Shown here piece by piece: positions 1 through 12,463 of a stretch of DNA of 64,000 bases (positions are counted from its first letter, which is position 1; each line of letters opens with the position of its first letter). The notes below the pieces were generated by a model. It searched no databases. It was not told the origin of the DNA and saw only the letters and a list, made by a program, of their open reading frames with translations. The position numbers and the translations under genes are program-made. Origin of the DNA: an uncultured cyanobacterium (lineage in GTDB: Bacteria; Cyanobacteriota; Cyanobacteriia; Phormidesmidales; Phormidesmidaceae); NCBI GenBank assembly GCA_963803535.1, contig CAWDNC010000009.1, positions 140,571 through 204,570 of the forward strand, given 5' to 3'.

Positions 1-3000
1 TGGAAAATTGGGAACCTACGCCTCCAGCAAATAGACTCGCAGGATGAACAGATTTCCCAGAAAACGTCAAAAGAAACGTTAAAAAAGACATTAGAAGAGA
101 ACATTTTTGAAATCGTCAATCCGTTAAACCGAGGCAAAGCACTGGCCACAACGGACGCTGAGCGCTATTTGATGGCGGATTTGAACTGGCAGGCAGGCCG
201 CAAAGCCAAAGCCGCCAACGCTTATGAGAGCGCGCTAAGCTACTTTGATACGGGCGTTTCACTACTGCCCGATGAAGCTTGGCAAACGCACTATGAGCGC
301 ACGTTTGCACTCTATCGAGACGTTTCTGAATGTGCCTATCTCTGCGGTCAGTTTGAGCGAGCAGAGCAGCTATTTGAACAGGCGATCGCCCAGGCAGCTT
401 CCGCCATCGATCAGGCAACCATTCAGCTAATCCGTATCGTCCTATACGACAATCAGGGCAAGTTTACTGAAAACCTAAGCGTTGGCGGCGAAGCCTTACG
501 AAACTTGGGCCTGAGCTGGCCAAATACCGCCGATGACACGGCCGCTATTCTTGAGAAAGAACAGATTGTCTATCAGCAGCAGCTCGCAGAACATTCCGAT
601 ATTTCTCGCCTAGTAGAACAGCCCGAGATGACGGACGTAACCGCTCGCACCTGTATGCAGCTACTGGTGAGTATGACAGGGCCTGCGTACTTTACAGACC
701 CCACCCTAGTTACGCTAATCACGTTAAAAATGTCTGTTTTATCCATGCAGTATGGCAGCTCACAGTGGGCCGCGCAGGGATATGTATTTTGGGGAGCAAT
801 GCTCTCAGCAGCTTATCAAGACTACAAAACAGCCTATGCCTTTGGGAAAGTGGGTCTACAGCTCACCGAACGCTACAACAACTACAACGAATCCAAAACG
901 CTGAACTCTTATGTTGGATTTATTAGCCACTGGCACGTTCCACTAGAAAAAGACATTCCCCTGTTGCGCAGAGGCTACTTAGCAGGCGTCGAGATTGGCG
1001 ATGTTTTTACCGGCTATGTAGCACACGTGCTGTCGCTACACCTTATTTTAATGGGCGCAGAACTCAGTGAGATTCAAGCTGAGGTCAGTCTTCTATCAGC
1101 CTATCTTCACAAGAGTCAAAATCAAGTTTTTGCTCAGCAGATGCAGGCCTACCTTTACTGCATTTCGGCCTACCAAACCGGTACATTTTCTCATAAAAAA
1201 GGGAGTCTAAGAGACTTTGACGAAGCCCGCTGTCAGCAGCTTTTCCAGGACAATCAGTATTTTACGGGCGTTGCAACCCTGCTATTGCTCAAAGTCGTCT
1301 ATCACTTTTTGTTCGAGCAATACGAGAAAGCGCTGGCGCTGTGTGAGGAGAATGAACAGTTCATTGTGTTTGTAGCTGGACTAGCCGCCGAATCAGAGCA
1401 TGTCTTCTACCATTCTTTGGTACTCACGGCGCTATACGACACCGCCAGCATCTCGCAGCAGCGCACCTACTGGGCCATTCTAGAAAAGCATCTCATTCGG
1501 CTGCAAGGCTGGGCCAAAAGCTGCGCAGCAAACTACCAGCATAAATATCTGCTGGTGGCCGCTGAAATGGCGCGGTTGTCTCATCAGCCTAGCGATGCGC
1601 TGGACTATTACGACCAGGCAATCACCTCAGCGCAGACGTATGGCTTTATTCAGAACATGGCGATCGCGAACGAAAAAACCGCTCAGTTCTGGCGCTCTAG
1701 AGGCAACAACAATGTGGCTATCACCTATGCCAGATCGGCTTACCATGCCTACAAACAGTGGGGCTCTACGGCCAAGGCTAATGCAATCGCCGCGCACTAT
1801 CCAGGGTTGCTAGTCACTAGCACGCCCCGTACCATCTCATCGGATAACAATCGTCTTAGCAGTGCTAATCAAACAACCTTGTCAGCCAGCGAAGGCGAAG
1901 AGAACCGACTGGATCTGGCAACCGTGATGAAAGCTTCTCAGGCGATCGCCAGCGAAATTCGCTTAGAAGGCCTCCTGCAAACGCTCATGCAAATTGTGAT
2001 AGAAAATGCCGGAGCCCAAACCGGCGTTTTGCTACTGCGCCCAGAAGGCATCTCAGATCCCGATCGCCCCTGGGTGGTTGAAGCGCTTAGCAATCACGAG
2101 GGCAACATTCTGACGCAACAGGTGCAGTCCATCGAGATATCGAAGGTGATGCCCGTTGCGATTATGAACTACGTGGCCAGAACACAAGAAGCGGTCGTGC
2201 TGGCCAATAGTCTTACGTCCGATACATTCTCCCCCGATCCTTACATCACCCAGCACCAGCCAAAATCCATTCTCTGTATGCCCATTGGCTACCGGGGCCA
2301 GCTTATCGGCCTGCTGTACCTCGAAAATAACTTAACCACCGGAGCCTTCACGCCCGAAAGGCTAGAAGTGTTGAGTCTGCTCTCTGCTCAGACGGCTATT
2401 TCGCTGACCAACGCTAGGCTGTACGAACAGATGCGATCGCTCAACAGCAATCTGCAACAGGAAGTAGCCCGTCGGCAAGCCAGCGAAACTATCCTTAGAG
2501 ACAATGAGCAGCGCCTCACTCAGCTCCTAGAAGGTATTCCAGTTGGGGTATTTGTTGTAGACGCGCAGGGCCAGCCTTACTATGCCAACCAGGTTGCCCA
2601 GCAAATCTTAGGCAAGGGGCTCTATCCCCAAGTCGCTCAAAATAATCTCACCGAAATCTACCAGGCCTATCAAGCAGGGACATCTCGCCTGTACCCAACC
2701 AATCAGCTGCCTATTGTCCAAGCGCTGCGTGGCGAAAGCGTTACCGTTGACGATATGGAAGTGCATCAGGGCGATCGCATCATCCCTTTAGAAGTCTCTT
2801 CTACCCCTGTATTCAACGCCAAAGGAGACATCACCTACGCTATCACCGCCTTTCAAGACATTACCCTGCGCAAACAAGCCGAACAACAGCGCACTCGAAT
2901 TTACCCGCACGCTAGAGCAAAAGGTACAAAACCGCACCCAGGAACTATCTCAAACGCTGGCGGTGCTCAAAGCTACTCAGGCAGAACTTGTCATTGAAAA

Positions 3001-4129
3001 TGCCTTACTCAGAACAGACGAAGCAGATGCTACCTACGACTATCAGGTCGGTGGATCGCTCGCGACAGACGCACCCACCTACGTTGTGCGTCAGGCCGAT
3101 CGCCAGCTCTATAAGGCACTTCGGCACCAGCAATACTGCTACATTTTCAACGCCAGACAAATGGGCAAGTCGAGTTTGCGCGTACAGATGATGAAGCGCA
3201 TGCAAACCGAGGGCGCTGCGTGCGTGGCAATCGATCTCTCTGTCATTGGCAATCGCCAAACCACTCAAGAGCAATGGTATGCAGGCTTCATGTACGTCTT
3301 GGCCAGCGGCCTAAGCCTGAGTCAAGCGGTAGATATCCGAGCCTGGTGGAAAGATCACATGCTGTTATCCCCGCTTCAGCGGCTAGACGAATTTGTTCGT
3401 CAAGTGATTCTTGCTAAGGTCTCTAAAAACATTGTTGTATTTATCGATGAAGTCGATAGCGTTATGGGTCTCGACTTTGAGGCCGATGATTTCTTTATCT
3501 GGCTGCGCACCTGTTTCAACCAGCGTGCCGATGATTCTAGCTATCAGCGACTCACCTTTGTTCTATTAGGCGTAGCTACCCCCTCTCAGCTCATTCAAGA
3601 TGCTCATCGAACCCCGTTTAACATTGGCCAAGCCATAGAACTTAAAGGCTTTCAGCTTCATGAGGCACATCCACTTTTACAAGGATTGCCTGAAACCGTG
3701 GCTCGACCTCAAAGCGTACTTGCCGAAGTGCTTGCTTGGACAGGAGGGCAGCCGTTTTTGTCACAGAAAATTTGTCAGATGATTCGACATTCAAAGCAGC
3801 CGATTGCAGAAGGAGAAGAGCGCGCGTGTGTGGAGGAGTTGGTGCGATCGCGAATTATTAATAATTGGGAAACTAAAGACGATCCAGAGCATTTGAAGAC
3901 GATACGCGATCGCCTACTCAGCTACCCCGCCCAAACCAAAGCCATGCTATCTCTCTACCAACAGCTCCTATCAGACATGCCAGTCCCCGTTGACGATAGC
4001 CCTGAACAAACTGAACTACGCCTATCCGGACTAGTTGCTCGGCAGCCTAATCAGCTAAGTATCGCCAATCGTATCTACGCAATGGTTTTTAATCAGCACT
4101 GGGTGACTCAAACCTTACAGTTACTGTAA
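1..4129 (+). CDS. Large signalling protein, 5'-truncated by the window: helical/TPR-like region + GAF + PAS + coiled coil + C-terminal AAA_35-type NTPase; split by an apparent +1 frameshift near 2897
   Basis: Frame 1 is open from base 1 (WKIGNL...EENIFEIVN...AGRKAKAANAY, like the post-AAA region of cyanobacterial Ser/Thr kinase-AAA-GAF hybrids). GAF motifs (KASQAIASEI...LYLENN...F) and PAS (GVFVVDAQGQPYYAN). Removing one C in 'actcgaattt' gives EFTRTLEQKVQNRTQELSQTLAVLKATQAEL, joining ORF 2963-4129, which has Walker A RQMGKSS and Walker B VVFIDEVD. Confidence 0.8.
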
Positions 4130-4201
4130 GCAATCGTCGCTCCAAAGCTGTGAAATAGACGATGGTGTTTCCGTTCGTAAAGTAAAAGAGGCAGTGCTTT
4201 T

Positions 4202-5231
4202 TTACAACCTATTGTTTACAATCTCAGCTCGTGGATCGGTAGAGCGACTATCACAGATTTGCTGGTACAGCGCCTTCTCTTTATCGCTAATATTCTTAGG
4301 TGGCGTAATCACGACTTTCACAAGCTGATCGCCACGGTCTTTACCCTTTTTCCCAGGCCAACCCTTCCCACGCAACCGCAAAGACTGCCCAGACTTCACG
4401 CCTGCCGGAACGCTCACCGTGACACTGCCATCTGGCGTAGGCACGTCGACCTTTGCACCCAGCACGGCTTCATCTGGTGCAATCGGCACTTCACAAACTA
4501 AGTTGTCGCCATCCAGCTCAAAAAAACCGTGCGACAACAGCTCAACAGAGAGGTACACATCCCCACGCTGCTTGGTTTGAGGGTTAGTCGCCCCTTTTCC
4601 CTTAATCCTAATTTTGCTGCCTGACCTTACGCCCGCTGGAATCCGAACCTTTACAGACTCAGAGCCAATCGTAAACCGCTTCTCAGTGCCCCGAAAAGCT
4701 TCTGACATACTCAGCTTCAGATCGGCTTCCTGATCAAAAGCACTACGCCCCGAAGCAGATCGGCTGCTCGCACGACTCGCCGTCCTTGCGCCCGCTCGTG
4801 GATCAAAGCCACCCGGCCCCTGCTGATAGCTATAGGTCTGCCGCCCAGCGCCCGCGCTGCGCCCCATCAACTCATTAATAAAGTCTTCAAAGCTACCGTA
4901 CGCACCAAAATCAAAGCCACCTACGCCGCCTGAACCACCACCGAATCCACCTGGCCCACCGAAGCCAGAAGAACTCGCCCGCACCTGCTCGACCCGCCTG
5001 CTGCCAATACTGACCAAACTGATCGTATTTCTTACGCTTATCGTCGTCTGAAAGGACTTCGTAGGCCTCACTGACCTCTTTAAACTTAGCTTCAGCCGCT
5101 TTATTATCAGGATTAACGTCAGGGTGATACTTTCGTGCCAGCTTACGAAAGGATTTTTTAATATCGCTGGCATCGGCTGTTTTGCTGACCCCTAAAATGG
5201 CGTAGTAATCTTTGAAGTCAGTTGCAGCCAT
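4202..5231 (-). CDS. dnaJ: DnaJ/CbpA-type co-chaperone (J domain, G/F-rich linker, DnaJ_C, no zinc finger); apparent frameshift near 4975
   Basis: [15 protein letters not shown]...HPD motif in ORF 4911-5261; G/F linker and DnaJ_C (VKVRIPAGV...GDVYL...GDQLV) in ORF 4202-5173; one-base removal joins them. Confidence 0.88.
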
Positions 5232-5343
5232 ATTTAGCCTCCCTCCTAAAGTCGAACCCAATCTAAAACTTGAGATTTTAGCCTAGCAAAGCTTGTCTGC
5301 TTAGGAGGTTCGGTTAGGAGGTTCGGTTTACTGGCGATCGCGC

Positions 5344-6852
5344 CTAGTCCGAATCGCGCGCCCGCCCGTACAGCTCGGTCATCTGCTTAAGCTGTTCGCT
5401 CATAGTGGGCGTCAGCATTGCCTGCGAGTAGCGCCATTCCCAGTTGCCGTTGCCCACGCCGGGGGTATTCATACGAGCCTGAGAGCCGAGGCCTAATAGG
5501 TCTTGCAAAGGTGTAACCGCTTGGTTAGCCGTAGATGACATCGCCAGCCGAATCATTGACCAGTGAACGCTGTCAGGGTTAAAAGCGCCGATGTAGGCCG
5601 CAAGACGCTGCTTTTCGTACTCGGTGGCTTGCGCGAACCAGCCGACAGTGGTGTCGTTGTCATGGGTGCCGGTATAGACAACAAAGTTATTGTCTATATT
5701 GAATGGAAGGTATGGGTTCTTGTGGTCGCCGCCAAAGGCAAACTGAAGAATTTTCATACCAGGCAAATCAAACTTGTCGCGCAAGACTTCAACGTCTTCG
5801 TCAATCAAACCCAGGTCTTCTGCTAAGAAAGGAAGCTGGCCAAGCTCTCTTTCGACCGTCTCAAAAAAGGCCTCACCAGGCGCTTTAATCCATTCACCGT
5901 CCATCGCGGTTTCGTGACCCGCAGGCACTGCCCAAAAGGCCGCAAAGGCTCGGAAGTGGTCGATGCGGATGATATCTACCTGCTCAAGCGAAGCCTGAAG
6001 ACGCTGTAACCACCATTTGAAGCCGCCAGCCTCAACGGCCTCCCAGTTGTAGGTGGGATTACCCCATAGCTGACCCGTGGCGCTGAAGTAGTCGGGCGGT
6101 ACCCCAGCCATTTGTGAAGGCTCTAGGGTCTCTGGGTCAAGCATAAAGTTTTCGGGGCGTGCCCATACGTCAGCGCTGTCGTGGGCGACATAGATAGGCA
6201 TGTCGCCCACAATTTTGATGCCGCGAGCGTTGGCGTAGTTTTTGAGGCCAGACCACTGCCGGTAAAATTCGAACTGCATGTACTCGTGAAAGAAGATTTC
6301 GCCAGCCAGATCGACTCTGTACTGGTTGAGCACGAAGGGATCGCGCTGGGCGATCGCACTATCCCACTGCGACCAGGGCACGCCCCCGTTCTCATCTTTT
6401 AGCGCCATAAACAGGCCGTAATCTTCTAGCCAGTTGCGGCAGTGCTTCCGAAAGTCATCAAATTCTTTGCGATCGCCCTCACTCGCGATATCCTTAAACC
6501 GCTCAGACGCCTTCTTCAGCAGTGAAAGCTTAAACGCATACACTGCCTGATAATCCACCGCCTGATCTGAAAATCCCTGGCCCAGGGTAAAATCCTCAGC
6601 GTCTAGTAAGCCCTGCGCCTGAAGGTTTTCTAAATTAATCAGCAGCGGATTGCCCGCCATTGCCGAATAGGCCATGTAGGGAGAGTTTCCATGTCCCGTT
6701 GGCCCCAGCGGTAAAATTTGCCACAGTGACTGCTGAGAATCTTCTAAAAAGTCTACAAAGCGGTAGGCCTGCGCGCCCAAATCTCCAATGCCATAGCGGC
6801 CCGGTAGCGAGGTAGGGTGTAGCAAAATGCCGCTGGATCTGGGAAAGGACAT
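5344..6852 (-). CDS. malQ: 4-alpha-glucanotransferase (amylomaltase, GH77)
   Basis: RSSGILLHPTSLPG, GDMPIYV, RIDHFR, AEDLG and YTGTHDNDT motifs. Confidence 0.96.
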   Translation of the reverse strand: MSFPRSSGILLHPTSLPGRYGIGDLGAQAYRFVDFLEDSQQSLWQILPLGPTGHGNSPYMAYSAMAGNPLLINLENLQAQGLLDAEDFTLGQGFSDQAVDYQAVYAFKLSLLKKASERFKDIASEGDRKEFDDFRKHCRNWLEDYGLFMALKDENGGVPWSQWDSAIAQRDPFVLNQYRVDLAGEIFFHEYMQFEFYRQWSGLKNYANARGIKIVGDMPIYVAHDSADVWARPENFMLDPETLEPSQMAGVPPDYFSATGQLWGNPTYNWEAVEAGGFKWWLQRLQASLEQVDIIRIDHFRAFAAFWAVPAGHETAMDGEWIKAPGEAFFETVERELGQLPFLAEDLGLIDEDVEVLRDKFDLPGMKILQFAFGGDHKNPYLPFNIDNNFVVYTGTHDNDTTVGWFAQATEYEKQRLAAYIGAFNPDSVHWSMIRLAMSSTANQAVTPLQDLLGLGSQARMNTPGVGNGNWEWRYSQAMLTPTMSEQLKQMTELYGRARDSD

Positions 6853-6977
6853 AAATACTTCTGTGGCATTTTTTTGACGACGCCAAAAACTCTATCACGG
6901 GCAGCTGAACCCAAAACTCTACTTTTTGAAAGAAGCAGGTGAGAGAATGTCAAAACTTGAATAGATTCGATGCAATT

Positions 6978-7481
6978 ATGACCTCTTCAGACACCCCAGA
7001 TAACTTAGATACCCCACAGGGTCGTAGCTATAGAAATCCCGCGCCTACGGTAGATCTCATTATCGAAATGATAGATCGCCCTCATAGGCCTATCGTTTTA
7101 ATTGAGCGACTGAACACGCCCTTCGGCTGGGCGTTACCAGGTGGCTTTGTAGACTACGGCGAATCGGTAGAAACAGCAGCCGTGCGAGAAGCCCAAGAAG
7201 AAACGAACTTAGCCGTCACGCTCGTAGAGCAGTTCTATGTATATTCAGATCCAGCCAGAGACAAGCGCAAACATACGCTAAGCATTGTCTTTATTGCAAC
7301 GGCCACTGGGGAGGCCACCGCTCAAGACGACGCCAAAAGTCTAGCCGTTTTAAACCCGTGGGAAATGCCCGATTCTTTATGCTTCGACCACGACAAAATC
7401 CTACAGGACTACTGGCGCTATCGTCATTACGGTCACCGTCCAACGGTTTCTCCCACAGGTTCATCAAGCACCGCCGTGTAG
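6978..7481 (+). CDS. NUDIX hydrolase
   Basis: Nudix box [24 protein letters not shown]. Confidence 0.93.
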   Translation: MTSSDTPDNLDTPQGRSYRNPAPTVDLIIEMIDRPHRPIVLIERLNTPFGWALPGGFVDYGESVETAAVREAQEETNLAVTLVEQFYVYSDPARDKRKHTLSIVFIATATGEATAQDDAKSLAVLNPWEMPDSLCFDHDKILQDYWRYRHYGHRPTVSPTGSSSTAV

Positions 7482-7549
7482 CTAGGAACATTGCGAGCTT
7501 GAAGCCTCACCCCTTAGAATAAGCCTCGACCTAAATTTATATAGATGCT

Positions 7550-7939
7550 GTGCGCAAAATTATTCAGACCGATCAAGCCCCTGCTCCGGTTGGCCCCTAC
7601 AATCAAGGCGTCGTTGCTTCAGGCGCAATGCTATTTGTCGCCGGACAAATTCCATTGGACGCGGCCACAGGTGAACTAGTCGGTGAAACGGTTTCTGAGC
7701 AGACTGAAAAAGCGCTACAGAATTTAACAGCCGTGATTGAAGCGGCAGGCTCAGATATCTCTCAAGTGGTTAAAACCTCTGTCTTTTTAAAGGACATGAA
7801 CGACTTTGTAGAGATGAATAAGGTCTATGCCAAGCACTTTGGTGATGAAAGTGCGCCTGCTCGCGCCTGCGTTGAAGTAGCTCGTTTGCCTAAAGACGTT
7901 TTGGTTGAAATTGAGTGTATTGCGATGGTGGAAAGCTAA
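7550..7939 (+). CDS. ridA: RidA/YjgF/UK114 family enamine/imine deaminase
   Basis: APAPVGPYNQG, VAGQIPLD, PARACVEVARLPKDVLVEIE. Confidence 0.92.
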   Translation: MRKIIQTDQAPAPVGPYNQGVVASGAMLFVAGQIPLDAATGELVGETVSEQTEKALQNLTAVIEAAGSDISQVVKTSVFLKDMNDFVEMNKVYAKHFGDESAPARACVEVARLPKDVLVEIECIAMVES

Positions 7940-8020
7940 AAGATACAGCGCTAATCTCATAGCTTTCAACAGCTTTTTAGATTTTATTAACTAGTTCAGT
8001 ATATTTTTCACGAGGGACAT

Positions 8021-9418
8021 ATGGCGGATTCATTGGCGATCGCAATTCTAGCAGCAGGCAAAGGCACCCGCATGCGCTCATCACTGCCCAAAGTGCTCCA
8101 TCGTCTCAGCGGCCTCACCCTCGTTGAAAATGTCCTCGCTAGCACTTCGCTAGTCAGCCCCACTCGCAAGATCGCCATCATCGGCTACGAAGCCGAACAG
8201 GTAAAAGCAGCCCTCTCCAAAGTGGCCGATCTAGAGTTTGTTGAACAAACCGAACAGCTCGGCACGGGTCATGCCGTACAGCAGGTGATTCCGGCGCTAG
8301 AAGGCTTTGAGGGCAACTTACTGGTGCTCAACGGCGACGTGCCACTGCTGCGACCTGAGACCATCGAGAGCATGCTGAAAACTCACAACGACAACGGTAA
8401 CGCAGCCACCATCCTCACCGCGCAAATGGACGAGCCAACCGGCTATGGCCGCGTCTTTTGCGACAACAATCTAATTGTTGAAGAGATTATTGAGCACCGA
8501 GACTGTACCGACGAGCAGCGTAACAACAATCGAACCAACGCTGGCATCTACTGCTTCAGCTGGTCTGCGCTGATGACGATTCTGCCCCACCTCAAGTCAG
8601 ACAACGACCAAAACGAGTACTACCTCACAGATGTGATTAAAGAACTCTCGCCCGTGATGGCTATGGACGTTTCGCCCTCAGAGGTTGCGGGTATCAACAA
8701 CCGCAAGCAGCTTTCAGAAGCAGAAGCGGTAATGCAAAAGAGAATTAAAGACGAGCTGTTGCTCTCGGGCGTAACGCTCATTAATGCACAGAGTATTACC
8801 ATTGATTCGACAGTCATCGTAGAGCCTGACGTTATTTTGGAGCCGCAGACAAACCTGCGCGGGAATTCTATTATTAAATCCGGCTGTCGGATTGGCCCAG
8901 GGTCTTTTATTGAAAACAGCACGATTGGAGAGAACACGCTGCTCGTTCACTCCATGGTGACAGATAGTGAAGTCGCAGCAGGTGGACGTATTGGGCCATT
9001 TGCGCACATTCGCGGAAAGGCGAGCGTAGGCGAGAACTGTCGAATTGGCAACTTTGTTGAAATTAAGAAGTCAACGATTGGCGCGAACTCTAATATGGCG
9101 CATCTTTCTTATCTAGGAGATGCTGAGCTAGGCGAGAAGGTGAACGTTGGAGCTGGAACTATTACGGCAAATTATGACGGGAAGTATAAACATAAGACGG
9201 TGATAGGCGATCGCACAAAAACTGGCGCAAACACCACCCTAGTCGCCCCTATCACTATCGGCGCAGATGTCACCATCGCCGCAGGCTCCACGCTCACCAA
9301 AGACGTAGAGTCCGACTGCCTAGCGCTCACCCGCACCCCTCAAAAAACGCTGCCAGGTTGGAAACCAAGCTATCTAAGAAGCGAAGGCTCACCCGACAGC
9401 AGCGCCATCACGACGTAG
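8021..9418 (+). CDS. glmU: Bifunctional UDP-GlcNAc pyrophosphorylase / glucosamine-1-P acetyltransferase
   Basis: [18 protein letters not shown], hexapeptide repeats, [12 protein letters not shown]. Confidence 0.97.
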   Translation: MADSLAIAILAAGKGTRMRSSLPKVLHRLSGLTLVENVLASTSLVSPTRKIAIIGYEAEQVKAALSKVADLEFVEQTEQLGTGHAVQQVIPALEGFEGNLLVLNGDVPLLRPETIESMLKTHNDNGNAATILTAQMDEPTGYGRVFCDNNLIVEEIIEHRDCTDEQRNNNRTNAGIYCFSWSALMTILPHLKSDNDQNEYYLTDVIKELSPVMAMDVSPSEVAGINNRKQLSEAEAVMQKRIKDELLLSGVTLINAQSITIDSTVIVEPDVILEPQTNLRGNSIIKSGCRIGPGSFIENSTIGENTLLVHSMVTDSEVAAGGRIGPFAHIRGKASVGENCRIGNFVEIKKSTIGANSNMAHLSYLGDAELGEKVNVGAGTITANYDGKYKHKTVIGDRTKTGANTTLVAPITIGADVTIAAGSTLTKDVESDCLALTRTPQKTLPGWKPSYLRSEGSPDSSAITT

Positions 9419-9570
9419 GGATACGATCTGCTCAGACGCTTAGGTTTATGAGTTTTCTAATTAAGAAAAGTTTATAAACCCACGACTTTCTATAGTTCGT
9501 CTAAAGGTTGATTTCTGAATCCAAAACGCCTTCTTAAGATAAAGACATCTCAGAATCTTAAGGATGTTAC

Positions 9571-10665
9571 ATGGCAGCTACTCGCTATCAGCCCACCGCA
9601 GACGAATCTTCAGCCAGCGAACTAGAAGGCTCACTAGGTCGTGACAGCATGACGCTCTCACAGCACGTCTTGCAGCAGCTCGATAGCTTCGGCCCCGAAG
9701 CGCAAGACTTAAGCGCCATCATGAATCGGATCGCCTTTGCCGGAAAGCTCGTATCCCGCAGACTCACCAGAGCAGGTCTAGTAGAAGACGCTATGGGCTT
9801 TACCGGGCGTCAAAACGTTCAAGGTGAATCCGTCAAAAAGATGGACGTGTATGCCAACGACGTTTTTATCTCCGTATTCAAGCAAAGCGGCCTAGTCTGC
9901 CGGCTTGTCTCTGAGGAAATGGACGATATCTACTACATGCCCGACAGCTGCTCTATTAGCCGCTACACGCTTTTATATGATCCCATTGACGGCTCCTCTA
10001 ACGTAGATATCAACCTCAACGTAGGTTCTATTTTCGCGCTGCGCCGACAGCAGGGCGACGACCTCGATAAAACCGGCGCTGACTTACTGACCCCTGGAAA
10101 AAATCAGCTGGTAGCAGGCTATATTCTCTACGGCCCTAGCACCGTTTTTGTATATACCATCGGCAAAGGGGTTCACGCCTTCACGCTCGATCCCAGCCTG
10201 GGCGAGTTCATCCTAGCCAGCGAAAATATTCAGATCCCCAAGCACGGCCCCAACTACAGTGCCAACGAAGGAAACTTCTGGCAGTGGCACGATCCCTATC
10301 GCGACTACATTCGCTACATGCACCGTCATGAGGGCTATTCGGGTCGCTACAGCGGCGCACTGGTTGGCGACTTTCACCGCATTCTGATGCAGGGCGGCGT
10401 ATTTCTGTATCCCGGCACCGAGAAAAAGCCCGAAGGCAAGCTAAGACTGCTGTATGAGTCTGCGCCACTGGCATTCTTAGCCGAGCAGGCGGGTGGAAAA
10501 GCCACCACTGGCGAGCAGGCAGTCCTAGACGTGCAACCGACTCAAATTCATATGAGAACGCCGCTGGTGATTGGTAGCGCCGAAGATGTGGAGCTAGTAA
10601 AATCGTTCCTTCAAGACAGCAAGCTGGAAAGGCCGCCTGAAGCCGTCGGCTCGTCAGCTAGCTGA
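9571..10665 (+). CDS. fbp: Fructose-1,6-bisphosphatase class I
   Basis: [34 protein letters not shown]. Confidence 0.96.
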   Translation: MAATRYQPTADESSASELEGSLGRDSMTLSQHVLQQLDSFGPEAQDLSAIMNRIAFAGKLVSRRLTRAGLVEDAMGFTGRQNVQGESVKKMDVYANDVFISVFKQSGLVCRLVSEEMDDIYYMPDSCSISRYTLLYDPIDGSSNVDINLNVGSIFALRRQQGDDLDKTGADLLTPGKNQLVAGYILYGPSTVFVYTIGKGVHAFTLDPSLGEFILASENIQIPKHGPNYSANEGNFWQWHDPYRDYIRYMHRHEGYSGRYSGALVGDFHRILMQGGVFLYPGTEKKPEGKLRLLYESAPLAFLAEQAGGKATTGEQAVLDVQPTQIHMRTPLVIGSAEDVELVKSFLQDSKLERPPEAVGSSAS

Positions 10666-10871
10666 TTTGGCCAAGGCAACCTAAATAAAATGACCGAGAT
10701 AAACTGATATAGAGGTAACAGACTTGGCACGTGCAAGTTAGGTAGTCTACCCAAAGTGATTTTTATCTGTAGTCATATTTTCTAACGTCCTGCTCACGGT
10801 TCACCAAACGCACAGCTCACCAAACGCACTAAACTCTTCCCAAGCACTCTTCTTTTAAAGCTACTTTCGAT

Positions 10872-12404
10872 ATGGTCTCACTTCTCGAAAACCCACTCCG
10901 CGTTGGCCTCCAACACGACCGCATTCCTGCCCCCCAAATTCTGGTCATCTTCGGCGCATCTGGCGACCTTACCCAGCGTAAGCTTGTCCCCGCACTGTAC
11001 CAAATGCGGCTAGAGCGGCGCCTGCCGCCAGAACTCACAATTGTGGGGGTCGCTCGTCGTGAGTGGAGCCACGACTACTTCCGCCAGCATATGAAAGAAG
11101 GAGTCGAGGAGTTTGGCGGCGGCTTGGGACCGGATAGTTCTGTATGGGATAAGTTTGCCGAAGGCCTGTTTTACTGTCCTGGCAACATCGATACACCTGA
11201 AGACTACCAGCGGCTCAAGCAATTCTTAGCCGAGCTGGATGAAAAAAGAGGCACGCAGGGCAACCGAGTATTTTATCTTTCCGTTGCGCCTCGGTTCTTT
11301 GCAGAAGCAGCCCAGCAGCTAGGGGGCGCTGGAATGCTGGCTGATCCGAGTAAACAGCGGTTAGTCATTGAAAAGCCTTTTGGTCGAGATTTAGCTTCCG
11401 CGCAAGCCCTGAACTACAAGGTGCGTAACGTTTGCGCTGAGGAGCAAATTTACCGGATTGACCACTACTTAGGCAAAGAAACGGTTCAGAACCTATTGGT
11501 GTTTCGCTTTGCAAACGCGATCTTCGAACCTCTGTGGAACCGTCAGTTCGTAGACCACGTGCAAATTACGGTAGCTGAAACGGTCGGACTTGAAGGTAGA
11601 GCGGGCTACTACGAAACCGCAGGTGCCATTCGTGACATGGTACAAAACCACCTGATGCAGCTCTTTAGCCTAACGGCGATGGAGACACCTAACTCATTAG
11701 ACGCAGCCAGCATTCGCAGTGAAAAGGTAAAGGTGTTGCAAGCAACTCGCTTGGCCGACGACACCGATCTTTCTAAGTCAGCGGTGCGCGGACAGTATTC
11801 TCCAGGCTGGATGAAAGGAAAACAGGTTCCTGGCTACCGCGAGGAGGAAGAAGGCATTGAAGAATCGACCAACAACACGTTTGCCGCACTTTCACTAAGA
11901 GTCGATAACTGGCGCTGGCAGGGAGTTCCGTTCTATCTGCGCACGGGCAAGCGCCTGCCGAAAAAAGTCTCTGAAATCTCGATCCACTTCAAGTCTGTGC
12001 CTCACCTGATGTTTCAGTCGGCGACCAAGCAGCTGAACAACAACATTTTGGCGCTACGCATTCAGCCGAATGAAGGCATTGCCATGCGCTTTGAGGTAAA
12101 AACGCCGGGGTCTTCTTTGCGCACGCGTTCGGTAGAAATGGACTTTCGCTATGATGCAGCCTTCGGTCAGCCCAGCACCGATGCCTATAGCCGCCTGCTC
12201 ATTGATGCGATGCTTGGCGACCAAACTTTGTTCACCCGAGGCGACGAAGTAGAACAGTCTTGGCGTGTGCTGACACCGCTGTTAGAAGTCTGGGATGCAC
12301 CTGCACCGCCTAACAGCATTCCTTTATATGAGGCAGGTACTTGGGGGCCAATTGAAGCCGAGCTACTGCTCAACCGCACCCGTCGCCGCTGGCGCAGACT
12401 TTAA
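10872..12404 (+). CDS. zwf: Glucose-6-phosphate 1-dehydrogenase
   Basis: [37 protein letters not shown]. Confidence 0.98.
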   Translation: MVSLLENPLRVGLQHDRIPAPQILVIFGASGDLTQRKLVPALYQMRLERRLPPELTIVGVARREWSHDYFRQHMKEGVEEFGGGLGPDSSVWDKFAEGLFYCPGNIDTPEDYQRLKQFLAELDEKRGTQGNRVFYLSVAPRFFAEAAQQLGGAGMLADPSKQRLVIEKPFGRDLASAQALNYKVRNVCAEEQIYRIDHYLGKETVQNLLVFRFANAIFEPLWNRQFVDHVQITVAETVGLEGRAGYYETAGAIRDMVQNHLMQLFSLTAMETPNSLDAASIRSEKVKVLQATRLADDTDLSKSAVRGQYSPGWMKGKQVPGYREEEEGIEESTNNTFAALSLRVDNWRWQGVPFYLRTGKRLPKKVSEISIHFKSVPHLMFQSATKQLNNNILALRIQPNEGIAMRFEVKTPGSSLRTRSVEMDFRYDAAFGQPSTDAYSRLLIDAMLGDQTLFTRGDEVEQSWRVLTPLLEVWDAPAPPNSIPLYEAGTWGPIEAELLLNRTRRRWRRL

Positions 12405-12463
12405 AGATAGGCAAACGCATTTGCTATTTTCCTTAGTCCTTCTAAACACTCTTCTGGGTAACC

